The notes under the pieces: model-generated
The model's input: only the letters and a program-made list of their open reading frames with translations
Told to the model about the DNA's origin: nothing
Database searches by the model: none
IMG/VR virus record: IMGVR_UViG_3300021426_000069
Origin: an uncultured virus (IMG/VR IMGVR_UViG_3300021426_000069)
Taxonomy: Duplodnaviria; Heunggongvirae; Uroviricota; Caudoviricetes
DNA length: 64,000 bases
Strand: one strand, 5' to 3'
Made by a program: the position numbers and the translations under genes
Shown: positions 59,577 to 64,000 of the stretch, piece by piece
Layout of the letters: every line of letters begins with the position of its first letter
How positions within the stretch are numbered: position 1 is the stretch's first letter

Positions 59577-61313
59577 TTAGTGTCCGAAGAACATCATATC
59601 TGCAATGTTTCTTTTTTTCCTTTTTTTCTTTCTATCTTCATCCTGCTTAATATAGTATAAACCATATTCAAAAGCAGAGAATTTATCTTTCTTAATACTT
59701 CTTGATGCTTGTTTTAAAATAATATTAACACCTTCATTTTCTTCAACTAAATTTAACATTTGCTCTCTTAAAATAGTTGTTAAAGTAAAAGGTTTTAAAT
59801 ATTCTGCTCTTTTATCACTATCCATATTTTGTCCTAACTTCGTACTCATTAATTTTACTTTTGCTTGATTTTCATCTATTAAAAATTTTATTTTTCCACT
59901 AGATAATTGAGTTTGAACATAAGTGTGAGCCTCTGTATTTATTGGCGCATTGGCTTTTATTAAATACATAGCATCAGGTTCAGTATCAGCAGTTTTAAAT
60001 TTTTTATAAAAACCTTCATCATCATTTTCAACACCAAAATTTGGTAACAACTCTCCTGTTTCTGGATCTATTTGATCTTTTACCATGAAGTCTACAAGAC
60101 CTATACCTAAACCATTGGCATCGATAACCGCAGTACGGCATTTATATTTATAATACAATCTTTTAATATTTATTGCTTGAGCTTCAAAATGCTCTTCATC
60201 CCAAGTATATAAATTAACAAGAGTCTTCAAGGAAGTTCCTTGTGCTTGCGGCGTTACCTTAAATACGCAAACTTCGGTAGTACATCCCTTACGACCAACG
60301 TCTATACCAAGTATATAATATGCACTTTTGCTACTTCTTCCACTAAATTCATATTCAGGTTGTAATAAAACTCTATGTTTATCAAAACGTTCCGCAGAGA
60401 AGAAAGCATTTTCCGCATCTCCGCTCCATTCAGACTCATATTCACGCGCAAATGAAGCATCATTATATGTTCCGTCTAGTTTTAATTCTTCAATAAACGA
60501 TTTTCTTAATAATTTTTCCATAACAGGAACTCGCCATGTTCCTCCAAGAACTATTGCTTGGCCAGGTTCTGTAATTTGTTGAACCAAGATTTGTATTAAC
60601 TTTTCATAGGCAAATGAATTTTTCCAACCAGCTGTTGTTACATAAATTTGACTTTTGTTAATAACTTCATCCTCTTGTCTCGATCCATCCGAAAGACGAC
60701 GGTCTACGTTCATGGTAGGAATTATAACTTCGTTTAATAGTGTTTGGTCGATAAGGATACACTCCTCCATTAGACCCCCAGTAGCACGTTTACCACGGGA
60801 ACTTTGTTGAGCAGCCATAATGTCTAATTTACTACCATTTTTAAATATATATTCAACCATATTTTTAGATGCTTTTGTTGCACCTCTTGACCAATCGATT
60901 TCATTTTTCATTCCTGGAATTAATTTACATATTTCTTCTGCTTTTTCTCTAGCAATTCCCGCAGCTTGTTCTTTTCCACCTGTTGTAACGAATAAATGTG
61001 AACCAGGATAAAGAACACATCTTAACATTAATACCAATACTGATAAAAATGATTTAGAATAAGCACGAGGGAAAGTTGCATAAGCATATCTATGACGCAT
61101 TACCGCTCTTAAAAACATTCTTTGATAAAAGAATAAGTGGAAATTTTCTGGGTTACTACCGCATAAAAAGTCTACAAACATATCAGGGTATTCACGCCAA
61201 TACGCTATATATTTTCTTAAAAGTTCCTTTTGCGCTTTTATTCTTTCTTCTGATAATCCTACTTTTTTAGTATGAGCATTTAAGGATAATTCCATTAAAT
61301 CTGCTAATGCCAT
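59577..61313 (-). CDS. terL: Terminase large subunit
   Basis: FFYQ adenine-binding motif, Walker-A-like PRAYSKS, SRGKR, VTTAG, FAREYESEW, nuclease ILGIDVGR, VIDANGLG, KDKFSA. Confidence 0.9.
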   Translation of the reverse strand: MALADLMELSLNAHTKKVGLSEERIKAQKELLRKYIAYWREYPDMFVDFLCGSNPENFHLFFYQRMFLRAVMRHRYAYATFPRAYSKSFLSVLVLMLRCVLYPGSHLFVTTGGKEQAAGIAREKAEEICKLIPGMKNEIDWSRGATKASKNMVEYIFKNGSKLDIMAAQQSSRGKRATGGLMEECILIDQTLLNEVIIPTMNVDRRLSDGSRQEDEVINKSQIYVTTAGWKNSFAYEKLIQILVQQITEPGQAIVLGGTWRVPVMEKLLRKSFIEELKLDGTYNDASFAREYESEWSGDAENAFFSAERFDKHRVLLQPEYEFSGRSSKSAYYILGIDVGRKGCTTEVCVFKVTPQAQGTSLKTLVNLYTWDEEHFEAQAINIKRLYYKYKCRTAVIDANGLGIGLVDFMVKDQIDPETGELLPNFGVENDDEGFYKKFKTADTEPDAMYLIKANAPINTEAHTYVQTQLSSGKIKFLIDENQAKVKLMSTKLGQNMDSDKRAEYLKPFTLTTILREQMLNLVEENEGVNIILKQASRSIKKDKFSAFEYGLYYIKQDEDRKKKRKKRNIADMMFFGH

Positions 61314-62497
61314 TATTCCTCATCTCCAAGTGTACTATCTTGTTCCTTTTGCTCATTAATGCTATTATAAAATTCTTCATAGTCTTGGTCTATTAGAGTA
61401 GTAGGATCGTCATCCTCTAATATGTCTTCAACATTTTCATTCATTTCTTTTTGAATTTGAATTTTCTTTAATGCGTCTTCTATTTGTTGTCCAAACCCTA
61501 AATCTTGAGTAACTAATTTATATAAATAATTCTCCATATCCTTTAAAGTTAAATCTACTTTATCTTGAGGTATATCTGTTTCAAATCTAGGAATAAATCC
61601 ATCTTTTTCACACATTGCTACCAACTCACCAACACAATCTACATAATCATTTTTCTGTTCTTTGTTCTGTGCTGCTGTGAATTTAGCAGATTTTCTTAAA
61701 GATTCAGATACTTTTGATAATTTTTGATAGGCTTCAGTATCTCCTGCATCTAATGCTTGGTTCATTTTAAGGTTTGTTTTACAAATTAATATTAAAGTAT
61801 TCATTGTATCAGCATCTTGGATATCAAATGAATTCATCATATTATTATAATCTTTTTCTAGTTTAATCCACTCTTCAGGCTTATATAAAGCTCCCCATTT
61901 CATAGCTAATACTTTTTTATCTTCTTGTGTTAATTCGGAAATTAAGCTATTCATTTCATTTTGAACAATTTCACTATTCTCACTATAATATTTATCTTGT
62001 GGAAATTCTGGCGGAGCTATTGGACGCGACATATAATCTTTATTCTGCGTTTCCGCGCTTATCATAGTTTTATATTCTGCTTCTCCAATTTCTCCTGCTT
62101 CAAATCGCTTCTTAATTTCTTTTTCAAATTTTTCTCTCTCTTCTTTTTGCACTGCCCTTCTTTCGTCATTAAGAGCATTTAATTTCTCTGTATCTGCCCA
62201 TCCATATTGTTTATATTGTTTTAATTTCATTTTAGATAAATATTTACCAAATACAGACATTCCATTTAAGTTTGGATTTTTTGCATAAGCTCTTTCTCTT
62301 AATACATTCCATTCTTCAGGAATATAAGGTACATCCATTTTTTCTAATAACCATAAGTAAGTACTTTCGTCAAAATTGTCAATGTGCATAGTAAGACATT
62401 TTTTACACATTTCTGTTTTTGTACCATCTTTATAAGTATAAAATTGAGTATCTTCATCAAGCATTTTTCCACATTTTTGACATAATTTATTAGCCAT
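61313..62497 (-). CDS. Zn-finger protein, putative terminase small subunit
   Basis: CQKC/CKKC N-terminus, helical body, TAATG coupling to terL. Confidence 0.5.
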   Translation of the reverse strand: MANKLCQKCGKMLDEDTQFYTYKDGTKTEMCKKCLTMHIDNFDESTYLWLLEKMDVPYIPEEWNVLRERAYAKNPNLNGMSVFGKYLSKMKLKQYKQYGWADTEKLNALNDERRAVQKEEREKFEKEIKKRFEAGEIGEAEYKTMISAETQNKDYMSRPIAPPEFPQDKYYSENSEIVQNEMNSLISELTQEDKKVLAMKWGALYKPEEWIKLEKDYNNMMNSFDIQDADTMNTLILICKTNLKMNQALDAGDTEAYQKLSKVSESLRKSAKFTAAQNKEQKNDYVDCVGELVAMCEKDGFIPRFETDIPQDKVDLTLKDMENYLYKLVTQDLGFGQQIEDALKKIQIQKEMNENVEDILEDDDPTTLIDQDYEEFYNSINEQKEQDSTLGDEE

Positions 62498-62511
62498 TTC
62501 CGCACCTCCTT

Positions 62512-63624
62512 CTACTTAGTTTTATTTTTACGCATTTCTGCACTTTTTTCATTTCTACATTGTTTACAGATACTATACCATCCGTCTTTAGAAGTGCTAT
62601 TTTTAGAAAAGAATCTATTTGTAGCAAGTTTTGTTTTACCACATCTAGTACAAGTTTTCCATTTTCCTTTTTCTTTATAAGTGTAATGCCATTCTAAATA
62701 CTGTTCTTTTGCTGTTTCCGCAATCATTTTAGGAATTTTATTACGCCATAAAGATGATAAATATTCTACGGAATGAGTCATACCAAACTCTTTTTCTAAT
62801 AGCTCTTGTATTTCTACATTTTGTTTTCCATCTATTTTATAAATTAATAATTTATAATATAGTTGATATTTATCATTATTTAATGTTGCTTCTACTAAAT
62901 TATCTAAATCTAACATAGCATACCATAAATCGCTACTAAATTTTCCCCAACAGTCTTCTTTTAATGCACTATAGTTACATAATAATGCAGAAATATGGTT
63001 CCAATTAAAGAAATTAATTAAACCATTGCTAGTTGGTTCTCCATTTTCGTCTATTGTTATATTTTCACTTAAATCAGCACTAGTTAAATTCTTAATAGCA
63101 TTTCCATTTCCGCCATTGGGAGTTAAACTAGTTTGTCTGTAATCATTTTTAATTATATATTGCTCTTGACGCATTTCTATAAGTTGTTTTTTTAAAAGAA
63201 ATTTTCTTTTTCCTGTTGCTGTTTGAACCATTTTTTCAACTGCTTCAATACTCTCTCTTAATGTTTTTAAAGCAGGTATTTCCGCAATATCTTTTTCTGT
63301 AATAGATACCTTAGGAGTTAATAAGACATTCTTATCTTTTATCATAAGGTTATATAATCCATCTTCTCCATTTTCAAATTTACTTACTAATCCTTGATAT
63401 GATGTTTCTCTTTTATTTATTGTTACCATTCTATTGTCTGTTAATATTTCTTTATTTTTCTTTTCTTCTTTAGTCATTGCTGAGATTATATAATCTGCTA
63501 ATATTTCAATATATTTTTTACTTTTTAATTGTTCCTCAGGTAGTTGCGCAACAAATTCGGCTCTTTCTTTTGCTGTTTTTAATGTATAATCTAATTTTAC
63601 GGGACCTTTTTTCTCTTGATCCAT
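62512..63624 (-). CDS. Putative DNA-binding regulator (HTH-like segment + C-terminal Zn finger)
   Basis: KIDGKQNVEIQELL..HSVEYLSSLW; CTRC...CKQC. Confidence 0.5.
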   Translation of the reverse strand: MDQEKKGPVKLDYTLKTAKERAEFVAQLPEEQLKSKKYIEILADYIISAMTKEEKKNKEILTDNRMVTINKRETSYQGLVSKFENGEDGLYNLMIKDKNVLLTPKVSITEKDIAEIPALKTLRESIEAVEKMVQTATGKRKFLLKKQLIEMRQEQYIIKNDYRQTSLTPNGGNGNAIKNLTSADLSENITIDENGEPTSNGLINFFNWNHISALLCNYSALKEDCWGKFSSDLWYAMLDLDNLVEATLNNDKYQLYYKLLIYKIDGKQNVEIQELLEKEFGMTHSVEYLSSLWRNKIPKMIAETAKEQYLEWHYTYKEKGKWKTCTRCGKTKLATNRFFSKNSTSKDGWYSICKQCRNEKSAEMRKNKTK

Positions 63625-63694
63625 GCCTTTGTGCTCCTTTCTTATTTGTTAAACTAATTAAAATATTTAATCATTCTTGACCTTTTCTAAAAAT

Positions 63695-63723
63695 ATTTTA
63701 TCATAAATTTTTTATTTTGTCAA
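63695..63723 (-). promoter_or_regulatory. Sigma-A promoter (leftward)
   Basis: TTGACA-17 bp-TAAAAT with TG extension. Confidence 0.8.
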
Positions 63724-63743
63724 GGGAGATTTAAGATCTTCTG

Positions 63744-63772
63744 TTGACTTTAACAAAAAAATATAATATAAT
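63744..63772 (+). promoter_or_regulatory. Sigma-A promoter (rightward, divergent)
   Basis: TTGACT-17 bp-TATAAT. Confidence 0.8.
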
Positions 63773-63817
63773 ATATATAGATAAGAAAAATAAATAAAAA
63801 GAAAGTGAGACGGTAAT

Positions 63818-64000
63818 ATGATTTTAGAATATGAAGAAGCTTTATATGAAAGAAAAAAGAGAGATGATGCTATTACAAAAAGAGTTCAAGAGCATTATCA
63901 ATATCTGCAATCAAAAGGCTATGATGTTGTGTGTACTATACTTCAAGGTAGTCAAAACTATGGATTAGATATTTATACAAAAGAATATCAATCGGATGTT
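63818..64000 (+). CDS. Nucleotidyltransferase (pol-beta superfamily), 3'-truncated
   Basis: Manual translation MILEYEE...ILQGSQNYGLDIYTKEYQSDV shows the GS...SDx(D) motif. Confidence 0.75.
   Translation, partial: MILEYEEALYERKKRDDAITKRVQEHYQYLQSKGYDVVCTILQGSQNYGLDIYTKEYQSDV

Noticed and set aside
59087..61313. Intron, intein or homing element in the terminase
   Set aside because: TerL is continuous with ATPase and nuclease motifs; the endonuclease is a separate downstream gene with its own SD.
699..63680. Short overlapping ORFs in the track (e.g. 699..944, 9421..9711, 28841..29056, 39795..40052, 56441..56875, 60328..60582)
   Set aside because: Antisense or off-frame shadows of long genes, with no convincing SD or motifs.
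63636..63684. Possible tenth late-promoter motif (AAGGTCAAG)
   Set aside because: The AT box at the required spacing does not match.
1..64000. Stop-codon reassignment
   Set aside because: Coding density is high under code 11, and TAG and TAA terminate genes at sensible boundaries.
1..64000. CRISPR arrays, tRNA/rRNA genes, integrase or IS elements
   Set aside because: None recognised; intergenic gaps are short and mostly explained by promoters and terminators. A tRNAscan/Infernal run would be needed to exclude small RNAs formally.

Overview
An AT-rich 64 kb segment of a large tailed dsDNA phage (Caudoviricetes, probably long non-contractile tail) infecting a Gram-positive Bacillota host. The host inference rests on strong AGGAGG Shine-Dalgarno sites, consensus sigma-A promoters with extended -10, and GH25/CW_7/LysM and CHAP lysins. 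Bases 2489-63624 form one minus-strand morphogenesis block: terminase, portal, protease/scaffold, capsid, neck, tail tube, a 2714-aa tape measure, two paralogous ~1350-aa tail-tip proteins, lysis genes and about 20 fibre/receptor-binding genes. It is flanked by plus-strand glycosyltransferases, a RuvC-like resolvase and a truncated nucleotidyltransferase. Main unexplained signals: (1) six accessory fibre proteins share an N-terminal 'LNIKRF-A/S' leader resembling the host Prp protease cleavage motif, and four of them sit in a modular cassette array with direct-repeat junctions; (2) a fibre protein carries a C-terminal Hint domain; (3) nine copies of a rigidly spaced non-sigma-A promoter-like motif; (4) an attenuator-like leader precedes a four-gene cassette lying between duplicated terminator-promoter modules. 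Product calls come from motif recognition and gene order only; no database searches were run.
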